DNA from: a virus
IMG/VR virus record: IMGVR_UViG_3300042565_001021
Location: 1 to 64,000 of that record
DNA length: 64,000 bases
Direction: 5' to 3' (one strand)
The translations under genes and the position numbers were made by a program. Of this stretch, positions 37,096-47,384 are shown piece after piece. Every line of letters starts with the position of its first letter. Position 1 is the stretch's first letter. The notes under the pieces were generated by a model. That model was not told the DNA's origin and searched no databases. It worked only from the letters and a program-made list of their open reading frames with translations.

Positions 37096-37671
37096 TTACC
37101 GGATCCCTGCTGCTACCTGTATATCAATCAAGTCGCGGCTTGTTTTAGCCGCCGGCTTAACTTTAACTCCAGATATTGCTCTTAGGTGGTTTAGCTCGAT
37201 GCTTTCTTCTAAGCTCTCGCCTGTTTTTATTTCGTACTCAGCCGACGAATTGATAATCTTCTTAAACAAGTTCTCTTCGGTAACTGGAAGACGATCAGCA
37301 CCCTTATAGTAAGTAAATGACCAGTCTTCTAACTCTTGCTCAGTGAGATTCATCATATCAACTAGCATCGTGTAAATGTTTTTAGCTGCGTTTGTTTTAC
37401 GCTGAAGTTCAATGAAGACCATGTAATTACCGTCAGATGTTTCACCGCTACTTACGTCTGCGTCTAGCACCCAGTCATAGCTCTTTTCAATAAAGTTAAC
37501 TAGATCGTCGGCTGGCTCTTTACCTAGCACAGTAAAGCCTACAACAACAATGTCTTTATCCTCGCCCATTTTACTGCGGAACTCGTCAATGGACATGATT
37601 GGATTCACTACCCTTGCTAGGTCTCCGTATTCAACTCCCTCTGAGACTAACTTAGAACTGTTGCTGCGCAT
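37096..37671 (-). CDS. conserved-looking hypothetical protein
   Basis: start moved to ATG 37671 (GGGAGG RBS); IDEF.SKMG and DADVS.GE motifs. Confidence 0.65.
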   Translation of the reverse strand: MRSNSSKLVSEGVEYGDLARVVNPIMSIDEFRSKMGEDKDIVVVGFTVLGKEPADDLVNFIEKSYDWVLDADVSSGETSDGNYMVFIELQRKTNAAKNIYTMLVDMMNLTEQELEDWSFTYYKGADRLPVTEENLFKKIINSSAEYEIKTGESLEESIELNHLRAISGVKVKPAAKTSRDLIDIQVAAGIR

Positions 37672-38248
37672 TTGGTGGCCCTCCCATCTGTTGTTGTGCT
37701 GGATCCATTGGTGCTCCACCCATATTACCTGCCATTGGGTCCATTCCCTGATCTTGCGTTTCGCTCTGATCGGCTTCCTCTTCGTAAGCCTCCTCGACAT
37801 CATCGATATCAAGCTTCTCATTTTCAACTTCAATGGATCCTTGATGGATCTCATTGATAAGCTTCTTGGGCATAGTAATAGTCACTAGCCAAATTGGCAC
37901 TGTTTTAGTTTTGGCCATCTTAGTGCCTGGGCGGAAGTCGTCTTCGGACTTTGGCTTTACTGGATACTCGAGCTCGTCTTTCTTGTATAGCACTTCGCAG
38001 TTGTAGTTTAGCAACTGCTCTCCGCCCCTTGGGTCAGGCATTTTAGAATGAGGCCACATAAAAGTACAAGTCACGAAGTATTTCTCGTACTCTGGGCCAG
38101 CGACTAGTTCACCTAGTTTCCAGTTACGGAAAGCGTACACATCTAGCTCGTCGATCACGCGTTCAAAGTTCAATAGAGTATCCAAAGCTGAATCGCTTAG
38201 GTAAATCTCTTTTACGTTTTCAAGGGCACTTTTAATACTCTGTGGCAT
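37652..38248 (-). CDS. hypothetical protein with acidic, Gln-rich tail
   Basis: 198 aa; NW..GELV.GP and MPDPRGG motifs. Confidence 0.7.
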   Translation of the reverse strand: MPQSIKSALENVKEIYLSDSALDTLLNFERVIDELDVYAFRNWKLGELVAGPEYEKYFVTCTFMWPHSKMPDPRGGEQLLNYNCEVLYKKDELEYPVKPKSEDDFRPGTKMAKTKTVPIWLVTITMPKKLINEIHQGSIEVENEKLDIDDVEEAYEEEADQSETQDQGMDPMAGNMGGAPMDPAQQQMGGPPNAQQQF

Positions 38249-38273
38249 AATAGTTAATCTATCCAGTTATCTA

Positions 38274-39317
38274 TTATTTAGCCTTTTTAGCGATGTTTTC
38301 TTTGTAGAAAGCCTCTTGATTAAAGACAGTCGAGTTCCACACTACCAGGTTCTTTAACGCTTTTTTAGTAGTTAAGTCCTCTAGCTTACGCAATGCTATG
38401 CTTACGTCGTTTCCAATGAGCCACAGGTATTTCCCAGTTTCCTTCTCGATCGCAGCAACAGATTCGGGATCAGTTAGCATTTTAGTCAGGGCTTGTCGTA
38501 ATGCCTTTGTGTTAGGGTTGTTCTTGCTTACCCAAAGACTCTTTTGGAGTACGTCTCGGTAATGCTTAACAAGAAGATACATCTCATAAAACTCGCCGGA
38601 CGGATAAACTCCCCACTTTGCTTTGAACACTTCTTCGAACACTGGATAGCTATCAGCAACGACTTTACCTGTCTTTAAATTCAGCACACCAGCAGAGTAC
38701 CATAGCACAAACTCTGGCTTCATGTAATGCTTCATGTACGTCGCCGGTGTTTCGCGAGTTACGTTTAGCTCGCCGCGCAGGTAAGCTAATCCTCTTTCGT
38801 TGCCTTTCATACCTTTAACATACTTGACTTTTTCGTTGTAGCATTTCTTGTACTCTTCTATTCTTGCTTTAGGTCCGCACGCCATCATTGTAATGGATAG
38901 CATGTCAGGATTCGTACCAGACGAATAAGCAAACTTTACCCCGTCGAACGGATTTGAGTCCTTACGGTGCCCGACGACGATAGTCAGATTCTGTAGGCCA
39001 ATGGGATCGTAATCTCTGTATTCGTAATCAACCTGGTGGATAAGGTAAGATTCGCCGTTTCCGCCGTGCCCTAGCATAATTGTCTTTGAGTCTTTTTGTA
39101 GTTCATTGTGAAACTTGTTAAACCCTGGGATATCGTTTGCTCCGGGGATGTGCACTAGTACTATCTTCTCGCCTAGTGCTTTCTCTAGTTCCTTTGCTAT
39201 AATGCTTCCCCATACACTTGTTCCTTGTCCTGGACTTTGCGGGATGATTAGCTTATAATCTGCTACTGCGAACGCGCTTAGTAATGCCAGTGCTAGTGCT
39301 AAAATATACTTTTTCAT
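38274..39317 (-). CDS. TctC/Bug-like periplasmic substrate-binding protein
   Basis: signal peptide, LIIPQSPGQG and PGA motifs. Confidence 0.7.
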   Translation of the reverse strand: MKKYILALALALLSAFAVADYKLIIPQSPGQGTSVWGSIIAKELEKALGEKIVLVHIPGANDIPGFNKFHNELQKDSKTIMLGHGGNGESYLIHQVDYEYRDYDPIGLQNLTIVVGHRKDSNPFDGVKFAYSSGTNPDMLSITMMACGPKARIEEYKKCYNEKVKYVKGMKGNERGLAYLRGELNVTRETPATYMKHYMKPEFVLWYSAGVLNLKTGKVVADSYPVFEEVFKAKWGVYPSGEFYEMYLLVKHYRDVLQKSLWVSKNNPNTKALRQALTKMLTDPESVAAIEKETGKYLWLIGNDVSIALRKLEDLTTKKALKNLVVWNSTVFNQEAFYKENIAKKAK

Positions 39318-39328
39318 TTCCTCTCCTT

Positions 39329-40213
39329 TTAATTATACGTTGCTAGTACTCTTTCAGCCTTTGTTGTAATTGTGTTTTTTGCTGCCAATGGGTCATGCTG
39401 CACGTCCACTAGCTGTGCAGCATGCCAGGCCTCTAAGTTTCTAGTTGCATACTCGGTCTGTTCAACTGATAGCGGTCCTATTGCTGCTTCTAAAGTTTCT
39501 AAGAAGCGATCAGTGATTCCAAAACGCAAAGCTGAGTACGGTAGCTCTATAGCGTCTGAGATGTACGTGCTTGCCTTTGCTTCAAAGTATTCAGTTGTGT
39601 GCCACGAATAGTTCAGCATGGAATACAACATTAAAGTTTTTACATCAGCGTTGTCTGTATCTTGTAAGAATGTCAATAACTCAGTAGCTTTTGCAGGCGG
39701 CACAAGAGTAACTAAATGGTCTGCACACATTTGCCTTCGGCTTAATATTATGTTCTGATCGTAGGCCACTCTGTTTGTACAATTTGTAAGCACGTACTTA
39801 GAGAATCCATTTATCTTACATACAATCGAATCGACCGGAGTACAAGTAATGTCAATGATCTTAGCTGTCGGAAATATTTCGCGGTATACTGGGATATTAT
39901 GGTAATCGTGTGAAATTTCTACCACCGGAGTCAGGTCCCTTGCACGGGGATCTACTGATTTTGTAGTCTCTTCCAACATACATGCCCTTAGGTCTGCTGC
40001 CGTTGGGCTCGCATACTTTTGCCCCAATGGGGCACTTATCCAGAGCCCCGTATGAATCAATATTCCTTGAGAATTAGCTTCTCCATGCAAATCTAAGGGT
40101 ACATCAGCATAGTTTGCATCGAGTAACTTTTGTAACAGACTCCCTACAAATCTTCCGCCGGCTCCATGACGATACATAACAATGTAATACTGCCTATCAA
40201 AAACACTAGACAT
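39329..40213 (-). CDS. hypothetical protein, possible sulfotransferase-like P-loop fold
   Basis: YRHGAGGRF glycine loop and later SH motif. Confidence 0.45.
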   Translation of the reverse strand: MSSVFDRQYYIVMYRHGAGGRFVGSLLQKLLDANYADVPLDLHGEANSQGILIHTGLWISAPLGQKYASPTAADLRACMLEETTKSVDPRARDLTPVVEISHDYHNIPVYREIFPTAKIIDITCTPVDSIVCKINGFSKYVLTNCTNRVAYDQNIILSRRQMCADHLVTLVPPAKATELLTFLQDTDNADVKTLMLYSMLNYSWHTTEYFEAKASTYISDAIELPYSALRFGITDRFLETLEAAIGPLSVEQTEYATRNLEAWHAAQLVDVQHDPLAAKNTITTKAERVLATYN

Positions 40214-41654
40214 ACTTTACTTCTCCCTGGTGATAAAATAGCCCGTACACTAGTGCACAGACAGTTACTAATATAGTTATCCCGCTTATGGGCCTGGTTA
40301 GAATATCAGTTAGTCCATACAGAGAGGAGTATTGAATGAAGCTGTTCTCTATCCTGTGTGCCAGAACAAACCCAATGATAAACGCTGCCCTGCTTAGTTT
40401 TAGATATCGCATCCCTATGCCAGCTGCGCAACAGATAGCAAACATAACGTAGTCTTCCCAGTATCCAGTGTATTGAACGCACGACCAGAGTATCAGAGCA
40501 AACAAGATCCAAAAGTAATACTTAAACGGAATCAGCGTGATCAGCGTAGCCCAGCGGATAAAGAACATAGCAATAACAAATGTCAGACCTAATGCCCACA
40601 AGTAGGAGCCAAACAGCACATCAAAGAACTTTGTGTCGTTTAGCAATGATGGCGTCCCTAACTCTAAGCCTACCATTACAAACAAGCTCATAATGATTGC
40701 CTCGAACGGCGCAGCAGGGATTCCAAATAAGACCGTAGGAACATACGCTGTTGCCTTCTGTGCGTTGTTAGCACCTTCGCAGCCTATTACACCTTTAACA
40801 TTACCTGTGCCGAACGGTATCTTTTCGTGTTTGTTAAATGCCACGGTCTGTCCATACGACAGCCAATCAACTATGTTGCCGCCCACTCCGGGAAGCATTC
40901 CGAATACCCCACCAACTGCTCCACCGCGTAACCCGTCCCATCTGTGTATCCAGCTGTCTATAAACCCTTGCCGGATCTGTCCCCAAATGTGCCTTGACTT
41001 TATCTTCAGGAATTCTATCTTTACACGGTACGACTCTAACAGCTCCGGAATGGCTAAGATTCCGGCTAGAACTGGCATGATTTGAACGCCGTCTCGGAGG
41101 TAATACCAGCCAAAAGTAAACCGTTCTGCTCCACTTTCGTTCTGCCCTATTAACCCGACTAATATGCCAATCCCTAGCGCAATAATACCTCTGAACCAAT
41201 ATTCGCTGTTAACAAACACGACACACACCATTGCCAGAATAAGCAGGGCTAAGATCTCTGGGATTGCTATGTGTAACACAGCTTGTCCGTAGAATGGAAG
41301 GAACGCAAAGACTAACACTCCCCATAGCAGCCCGTTAACAGTAGAGGTAGTTATTGCTGCGCTCAGCGCTCTTGCGCCTTCTCCGCGTTTAGCCATTGGA
41401 AACCCGTCTACCATAGTAGCGGCTGATCCGGAGGCCCCGGGTATGTTCATCATTATGCTTGAGAACGAGTCTCCAATTGTGACAGACACAACAATTGCCG
41501 TCGTGAATATAACAAGTAGGTAAGGGTCTGCTCTGAATACATCAATGAAGCTGTAAATCGTAAGCAGAGCTGTAGCAGCACCAGCGACAGGTATGATACC
41601 AAAAAGGAAGCCGTACAGCGTTCCACCTAGTAAGGCAAGTAAGTATTCTATCAT
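40206..41654 (-). CDS. TctA-family tripartite tricarboxylate transporter large subunit
   Basis: multi-TM protein with NIPG...SAAT..DG.PMA, MLPGVG, E.ANNA and GIP motifs. Confidence 0.85.
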   Translation of the reverse strand: MIEYLLALLGGTLYGFLFGIIPVAGAATALLTIYSFIDVFRADPYLLVIFTTAIVVSVTIGDSFSSIMMNIPGASGSAATMVDGFPMAKRGEGARALSAAITTSTVNGLLWGVLVFAFLPFYGQAVLHIAIPEILALLILAMVCVVFVNSEYWFRGIIALGIGILVGLIGQNESGAERFTFGWYYLRDGVQIMPVLAGILAIPELLESYRVKIEFLKIKSRHIWGQIRQGFIDSWIHRWDGLRGGAVGGVFGMLPGVGGNIVDWLSYGQTVAFNKHEKIPFGTGNVKGVIGCEGANNAQKATAYVPTVLFGIPAAPFEAIIMSLFVMVGLELGTPSLLNDTKFFDVLFGSYLWALGLTFVIAMFFIRWATLITLIPFKYYFWILFALILWSCVQYTGYWEDYVMFAICCAAGIGMRYLKLSRAAFIIGFVLAHRIENSFIQYSSLYGLTDILTRPISGITILVTVCALVYGLFYHQGEVKYV

Positions 41655-42253
41655 TTAATGAGGGTGATTAGGATATCGGGCTTCTGTAACGAAACTTCAA
41701 CCTTGGCTCCAATTTCTTTCTCTATCCACTCTGAACTATAGTGCGACCAAGTTGCGTTACGCTTATGCGCAAATTCTAGTATCTTTTGATTTTGTTTAGT
41801 AATCTCGCATAACATACCGGCGCTATCCTTGTAAGCAGAATAGTTAGGGTAGGTTATATTAAACCCGCCGGCTTCGTGCCACCAGGCATAGCTAGCCATG
41901 TCATGACGATATACAAGTATAATCCAATCGTCCGGAAAAATTTTTTCAATGACATCAAATCGGTATGGCCAGTCGTGACTCTTAAGCAATTTAGTGCCGC
42001 CCTTAGTTGCCCAAGGAAGATCGAGATACTGATGTAGGAAGGTAACATTAAACTTCTCTAATGCAGAGTCATATTCCATTCCTCGACCAAAGTACACACC
42101 TTTGTGCCCTTTAAAAGATTTAATGTCGTAGTTGCGACCTTCTATTCTATCGCTTGTGTTAAATCCTAGGATCTGTTCTATGTCTTGTGCTATTGCTGAC
42201 CAATGTGAACCGGGCACACCAGTAAAGAAGATTTTGTCAGGTAATGTAATCAT
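41651..42253 (-). CDS. sulfotransferase-like P-loop protein
   Basis: FFTGVPGS.WS, LLKSH and ILVYR motifs. Confidence 0.5.
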   Translation of the reverse strand: MITLPDKIFFTGVPGSHWSAIAQDIEQILGFNTSDRIEGRNYDIKSFKGHKGVYFGRGMEYDSALEKFNVTFLHQYLDLPWATKGGTKLLKSHDWPYRFDVIEKIFPDDWIILVYRHDMASYAWWHEAGGFNITYPNYSAYKDSAGMLCEITKQNQKILEFAHKRNATWSHYSSEWIEKEIGAKVEVSLQKPDILITLIK

Positions 42254-42257
42254 ACAG

Positions 42258-42278
42258 TATTTAGTGTTCAGATAAATA
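42258..42278. promoter_or_regulatory. back-to-back divergent late promoters
   Basis: CTAAATA on the minus strand and GATAAATA on the plus strand in a 29-bp intergenic gap. Confidence 0.6.
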
Positions 42279-42282
42279 CACT

Positions 42283-42804
42283 ATGAAAAACCAACTATTC
42301 CTCAATGAGTACTTCGCAACTGAATGGAAACCAGATATAGAAAAATACAAATACTCGGGGTTATCGTTAATTGACCAGATACAGCCAGACGAGTGGGTTC
42401 TTGATGTAGGATGTGGCTATAATCCTTTTAAAGGAAAGATTAAGAACCTTGTCGGCATTGATCCGGCAAATCAAAACGCCGACGTAATAACAACCATTGA
42501 AGGTTACAAGACTGACAAAAGATTCGACGTAGCTTTCTGTTTAGGTAGCATTAACTTTGGCGACTCTGGCGAGATCTATCAACAAATAAAGAAGGTTACT
42601 TCTTTATTAACCTCTAAGGGTCGAATCTACTGGCGGTGTAACCCAGGACGGCAAGATCACGGAACAGAAGGGTGTACGAAAATACAATTCTTCAATTGGA
42701 CCACGACGTGGCACTATTACTTTGCTGCTGCGTCAGGGTTTACTGTTGTCGAGGTAAAAGAGGACTCAGGTAATCGTTTATACGCTGAGTGGATTTTAAA
42801 ATAA
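42283..42804 (+). CDS. class I SAM-dependent methyltransferase
   Basis: VLDVGCG, GID and FDVAFCLGS motifs. Confidence 0.8.
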   Translation: MKNQLFLNEYFATEWKPDIEKYKYSGLSLIDQIQPDEWVLDVGCGYNPFKGKIKNLVGIDPANQNADVITTIEGYKTDKRFDVAFCLGSINFGDSGEIYQQIKKVTSLLTSKGRIYWRCNPGRQDHGTEGCTKIQFFNWTTTWHYYFAAASGFTVVEVKEDSGNRLYAEWILK

Positions 42805-42925
42805 CTCGCCAAGTCTTTTATTTAGTGTTCGATCCAAATTTATAGTATGTGTGGTTTGCTTTTGTGTAATTGGCCTTAAATATTTTTGTAGGTGCAATGC
42901 CTACTAACTTTAAGGAGTAACTACA

Positions 42926-43711
42926 TTGTCTAAGCGTAAAAGTAACACACGCCGTTCATACTATGACATCGAAGAAACCAACAAGCAACCATTTTACAAA
43001 GGAGTAAAAGCAAACGCAGCAGGCAGCAATGTATTACCGTTTAACACATACGCAACACACCACAAGACTACGGTAACACTATTACCGAAAAGCGATAAGC
43101 AGGCAGAGTATATCAAACTCTTGCTAAACAAATCAAAGACAATCATCTTTGCTACTGGCCCAGCAGGCACAGGCAAAACCATGCTGGCTGTTACCGCAGC
43201 CATTAAAGCATTTAAACATGGCGAGTGCGACAAAATCGTTATTACACGCCCAGCAGTTGAAGTAGATGAAGAGAAACATGGCTTCCTACCAGGAACCTTA
43301 AACGAAAAGATGGCACCGTGGGTCAGACCAATTATTGATGTAATGAAGGATTACTTTACACCTAAAGATATCCAGCTAATGATCGAGGATGAAACCATTG
43401 AAGTTTCACCACTGGCATTTATGCGTGGTCGAACTTTTAAGAACAGTTGGATCATTGCGGACGAGATGCAAAACGCTACCCCAGGGCAGCTAAAGATGCT
43501 ACTAACCAGGATAGGAGAAGATAGTAGAATCATAGTAACGGGAGATACGCAGCAAACAGACAGGAAAGGGGCATCTAACGGTTTAGTAGATTTCCAGAAG
43601 AGGACTAGCGGGGCTACTTTATCGTTTATTAGCGGGGTCGAATTTTCAGGAGAAGATATACAAAGGCACCCAGCAGTAGAGGAAATCCTTAGAATATACG
43701 GAGATCTGTAG
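42926..43711 (+). CDS. phoH: PhoH-family ATPase, TTG start
   Basis: GPAGTGKT, GFLPG, MRGRT, DEMQN and GD..Q.D motifs. Confidence 0.93.
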   Translation: MSKRKSNTRRSYYDIEETNKQPFYKGVKANAAGSNVLPFNTYATHHKTTVTLLPKSDKQAEYIKLLLNKSKTIIFATGPAGTGKTMLAVTAAIKAFKHGECDKIVITRPAVEVDEEKHGFLPGTLNEKMAPWVRPIIDVMKDYFTPKDIQLMIEDETIEVSPLAFMRGRTFKNSWIIADEMQNATPGQLKMLLTRIGEDSRIIVTGDTQQTDRKGASNGLVDFQKRTSGATLSFISGVEFSGEDIQRHPAVEEILRIYGDL

Positions 43712-43747
43712 TCATACTTTAAAAGTTAAGGTTGGGCTAAATACGGT

Positions 43748-44233
43748 ATGGATGTTTTTGGCCCAACTCACTTCTTCACTACATTAGCTCTAATGTATAA
43801 AAACCTGCGATTTATTTTGACCAGGGGTAATACTATTGTCGCTAGATTCTTGCTCTACTTGAGCGCGATTATTTGGTCAGTGGATACCTTGTTTCTCCCG
43901 TCAAGGCATTGGATGATGTTACATGAGTTAATTCGTATCTCACCTAATTTATTAAATGATATAGTGGTTTGGTTCTTACCTCTAGCAGCACTAATTTACG
44001 GAGTTTCTTCGATGATTGTATTGTTAGCAAAAGTTAAGATTCCTTACTTAACAGTAGCTAGCTCATTGACCGGCGCACTAATATGGACCATTGGATTGTC
44101 CTTAGACATTGCAGTTACTTCAGTATTATCCGGGTTCCCGAACAACTTTACAGAAATAGAAGCCACAACAATTACAGCAACACTTCTAGCTTGGTGGTTA
44201 TTAGCTAGGGACTTACTTAAGGTATCGAGATGA
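43748..44233 (+). CDS. 4-TM membrane protein
   Basis: four hydrophobic helices; CTAAATA upstream. Confidence 0.6.
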   Translation: MDVFGPTHFFTTLALMYKNLRFILTRGNTIVARFLLYLSAIIWSVDTLFLPSRHWMMLHELIRISPNLLNDIVVWFLPLAALIYGVSSMIVLLAKVKIPYLTVASSLTGALIWTIGLSLDIAVTSVLSGFPNNFTEIEATTITATLLAWWLLARDLLKVSR

Positions 44234-44703
44234 GTGAATCAGACTTAGCCAATCAATTAATCTCTTGGGCGATCGGAATCCCGTCGGTGGGTGTAGTTAT
44301 CGCTTACGGAATCTCAATGATTCGTCGACGTGTTTCGTCTGATTCTAAATCATTGAACGAAGATAAGTCCTATAACGATATGCTAGAAACATATCGCAGA
44401 GAGCGAGACGAGATTAAAACTGACCGAGATAGAATTATTGCTCGCATGTCTCTCATCGAACGCGAAAGAAATGAAGCAGTTGGGAAGGTAGGAAAACTAA
44501 CGGCAGAAGTTGAGTTCTTATCGACTCAAGTTACAGAGCTAAAGGTGCTAGTTGAGAAACTTAGCGTTACCTTAGACTTAGCAAGAGCAGAAATGCAAAA
44601 GTTTGCTGTAGAAAATGCTAAACTTGCTGCTCACGTGTCGTATCTGGAAGAGGTCATTGACCGTAACGAACAGAGACAAAAAGGAAACCACAATGGCGAG
44701 TAG
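44230..44703 (+). CDS. single-TM coiled-coil protein
   Basis: N-terminal TM and long heptad region; ATGA overlap with the upstream gene. Confidence 0.7.
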   Translation: MSESDLANQLISWAIGIPSVGVVIAYGISMIRRRVSSDSKSLNEDKSYNDMLETYRRERDEIKTDRDRIIARMSLIERERNEAVGKVGKLTAEVEFLSTQVTELKVLVEKLSVTLDLARAEMQKFAVENAKLAAHVSYLEEVIDRNEQRQKGNHNGE

Positions 44704-45049
44704 AGCCACTAAACCTAACTTAGAAGCCAACGACGAGATGCTTAAAACTTTGTCTGAGACACGATCAGCGATTAGTAAAATCGAAGGAACGGCCTCTAAC
44801 ATCAACAAGATCGCACATGAGGTGACTATGCCTACTGAGGTCAGAGTTCGGCGCGACCCTAGCGAACTTTCTAACAGGTTTATTACAGGGATATTAGTAG
44901 TGCTAGTGGCAGTGATGGGAATGTTTGGCGTGCTGTTTTTCCATATCACTAGTCAAACCAGTAAGGATATTCAGCAGCTAGAATACCGCGTGTTGGTGTT
45001 AGAAAGTAAGACCGGTATTAAACAGCCTTTAAATAATTCAGTGAAGTGA
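44693..45049 (+). CDS. single-TM protein
   Basis: start moved to ATG 44693 (AAGGA RBS); TM FITGILVVLVAVMGMFGVLFF. Confidence 0.6.
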   Translation: MASRATKPNLEANDEMLKTLSETRSAISKIEGTASNINKIAHEVTMPTEVRVRRDPSELSNRFITGILVVLVAVMGMFGVLFFHITSQTSKDIQQLEYRVLVLESKTGIKQPLNNSVK

Positions 45050-45713
45050 CTATCGCGTTGTTGTGCCAATGGTCGGGACCAGACTTCTTAATCTTCCCAG
45101 TGTAAGTGCCGTCGTCGCACAGTTCTTCGTGCTTAGTTAAGAACGAAACAAGGTTACCGAATTCGTCCTTGCCGAACGCAGAGTAGCAGTCAAACGATGC
45201 CACATAACGCTTCTCAATCAGCGTAAATTCCACAGTTACCTTATTGCCGTCGGCACCAAGCGACTGGCTGGTGTACATACACTCAGTCGTCTTTTCGTCG
45301 ATTGCTTCCCTGACCTTAGCGGAAGCATACACGTTAGGAGCATAAACCAGGATGCCAAGTTTGAACTCAGGCAGTTCTTCCTGTTCGAGCTCCTTGGCCA
45401 TGTCGGATATGAAGTTGCCAACTTTTTTACCGGCTAACAGGCTCAAAGTAACTTGGGACTGAATATGCTGAATGACTTCCGCCGCGTGTTCGCGATCAGC
45501 GTCAGTTATCTTTTTGTTGACAAGGGCGTCAAGGGCGATGCGCTTGTTGGACTTGACCTCGGGCGTTGCCGGAATCGTGACGCCGTCGAAATCCTTCCAC
45601 TCCGGGCGGGCGGGCTGATCTTCGCGAACAATCTCGTTGCCTTTAATGCGATAAGCATAACAGGCAGCAGCTACCATTTCGGCGGTATTGCGTTTTGGAG
45701 TATTGGTTTTCAT
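45018..45713 (-). CDS. hypothetical early protein with possible C-terminal OB fold
   Basis: 231 aa; G..G.KV.V....IEKR and T.LNY.K pattern. Confidence 0.6.
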   Translation of the reverse strand: MKTNTPKRNTAEMVAAACYAYRIKGNEIVREDQPARPEWKDFDGVTIPATPEVKSNKRIALDALVNKKITDADREHAAEVIQHIQSQVTLSLLAGKKVGNFISDMAKELEQEELPEFKLGILVYAPNVYASAKVREAIDEKTTECMYTSQSLGADGNKVTVEFTLIEKRYVASFDCYSAFGKDEFGNLVSFLTKHEELCDDGTYTGKIKKSGPDHWHNNAIVTSLNYLKAV

Positions 45714-45725
45714 TTTAACCTCAGC

Positions 45726-45956
45726 TTAGGCAAACGGAACAAAGTCGTACAAGAACTCAACGCGCCGCGTGGGCTCGTGGGTTACGATGTTGGAAAGCTT
45801 GATGTCGCAGAGCACGATCATTCGGAGCACGTTCAGCAGTCCTTTTGCGGTGTCCTCGGACACATCATCGACGCACAGGGTGCCGTCATAAAAGTAAGCT
45901 TCGACGCCCGGGAGTTCCTTGCGAACTGCGTTTAGCACTTTAGTCTCGAATCCCAT
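45726..45956 (-). CDS. hypothetical early protein
   Basis: 76-aa ORF immediately after a sigma70-like promoter. Confidence 0.6.
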   Translation of the reverse strand: MGFETKVLNAVRKELPGVEAYFYDGTLCVDDVSEDTAKGLLNVLRMIVLCDIKLSNIVTHEPTRRVEFLYDFVPFA

Positions 45957-45989
45957 TTTGTTTAGTCCGTAGCGTTATTCAATAAAGCT

Positions 45990-46017
45990 ATTATACGCTC
46001 TTTTACGGAAAAGTCAA
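45990..46017 (-). promoter_or_regulatory. sigma70-like early promoter
   Basis: TTGACT-N16-TATAAT. Confidence 0.6.
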
Positions 46018-46047
46018 CCAAAATCTTAGGCTTTGTAAGTCATTGAT

Positions 46048-46287
46048 TTACTTACGGTTCTGACGCATTAGGTTTGTGAGAAGATCTAGCCTGTACTCGG
46101 TCGTTCTTAGCTTGTTGCGCAGGCTCGTGATTTCAGCCTGCTGCTGCTGGAGCGTTATCTGCTGCTGCTCCTGCTGTTCCTTCGTCAAGCGTAGGTCCTT
46201 CACTTGGCCCAAGAGGGTCGGTGGTGGCGGAAGATTCGGATCCCGAATTCTTTTTGTTTTCTCAGCATACATTTTTTTGTAGTTCAT
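46048..46287 (-). CDS. small coiled-coil protein
   Basis: DPN.PPPP.L motif then Gln-rich coil; ATAAATA only 5 nt upstream of the ATG. Confidence 0.6.
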   Translation of the reverse strand: MNYKKMYAEKTKRIRDPNLPPPPTLLGQVKDLRLTKEQQEQQQITLQQQQAEITSLRNKLRTTEYRLDLLTNLMRQNRK

Positions 46288-46302
46288 ATTTGTATTTATC
46301 GG

Positions 46303-46370
46303 ATAAATAAGTGTAGTCCACGGAGCGACAACTCCCGACTACTCTAACATTAAAGGGCAATGTCAGCATG
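46303..46370 (+). promoter_or_regulatory. late promoter plus conserved structured leader of homing endonuclease (copy A)
   Basis: ATAAATA; GTAGTC/GACTAC, GGAG/CTCC and ACATT/AATGT stems. Confidence 0.75.
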
Positions 46371-47027
46371 TATATTTATTACGTTTACGCGTACCTCCGA
46401 AGTAAAGACTCAGCAACCGCTAAGGCCGGAACACCTTATTACATTGGTAAAGGCAAAGATGCCCGAATTGATAAACTACACGGGAAAGTTCCGGTACCAA
46501 AAGACAAAAAGAATCGAGTTGTTCTCGAAAGACACTTATCTGAAATTGGCGCCTTTGCCATTGAGCGTCGACTAGTAAGATGGTTTGGTCGTAAGGACTT
46601 AGGAACAGGAATACTATTAAATCAAACAGATGGCGGAGAAGGTTCTGCAGGTAGAATAATGCCAGAATCTGAACGGAAAAATAGATCAGCTCGCAATAAA
46701 GGAAAACCCGGAAGAATCTGGACTGAGGCTGAAAGACTAAACAAATCAACTCAGATGAAAGGTAGATTGCGAACAGCCGAGCAAAGGAAAGTAACATCTG
46801 AGTCATTGAAAGGTAAAGCAAAGCCGCCACGATCCGCCGAGCATAGCGCGAATCTTTCGAGGTCATTGGCAGGTAGGATTAGGAAACCGCTAACTCAAGA
46901 ACATATCGCAAATATCTCAGCCGGAAAAATAGGCAAAACTAAAGGGAAACCGTGGAGCCAAGCAAGAAGAGATGCTCACATTAAACGGTTGGCGCTTCGG
47001 GCTCAGTTGGTGTCGTCTCGGGCGTAG
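46368..47027 (+). CDS. GIY-YIG homing endonuclease
   Basis: YYVYAY..YYIGKG and NQTDGGEG motifs; N-domain very similar to 11236..11907. Confidence 0.85.
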   Translation: MYIYYVYAYLRSKDSATAKAGTPYYIGKGKDARIDKLHGKVPVPKDKKNRVVLERHLSEIGAFAIERRLVRWFGRKDLGTGILLNQTDGGEGSAGRIMPESERKNRSARNKGKPGRIWTEAERLNKSTQMKGRLRTAEQRKVTSESLKGKAKPPRSAEHSANLSRSLAGRIRKPLTQEHIANISAGKIGKTKGKPWSQARRDAHIKRLALRAQLVSSRA

Positions 47028-47370
47028 GATTTTCTTGAACTGGTTCATCTTTTTCCTTTGTCTCTACGCTTAGACCAAACATCTGAAACCGTTGATTCAA
47101 CTCATCCTTGTTGTTGCTGTAGAAGTAGTTAAACAGTTCCTCAAAGGTTTTGTCGTTCTGGAAACTGTTTCGTTCAACTCGCCCCTGACTAATATTTAGC
47201 ACAATTCGAGCCGAAAGGAAGTCTTTGTTCTTCAGCCCGTAAGTGACAAGAAGTTCTTCATCCCACTTAATGTTGCCGGGATTCTTCATGTATCCTGGTT
47301 GAGCAGTGGCATGCTTCTTGCGTGGGTGAGCTGAGTATTTTGCTACGAGGTAAACGTCTTTAGTTTTCAT
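46981..47370 (-). CDS. hypothetical protein
   Basis: 129 aa with AAGGA RBS; flanked by two endonuclease genes. Confidence 0.65.
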   Translation of the reverse strand: MKTKDVYLVAKYSAHPRKKHATAQPGYMKNPGNIKWDEELLVTYGLKNKDFLSARIVLNISQGRVERNSFQNDKTFEELFNYFYSNNKDELNQRFQMFGLSVETKEKDEPVQENPTPETTPTEPEAPTV

Positions 47371-47384
47371 CTTGTTCCTTTGAG

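Noticed and set aside
37672-37854. N-terminal extension of ORF 37096..37854
   Set aside because: It overlaps the upstream gene by about 200 bp; a better start with a GGGAGG RBS lies at 37671.
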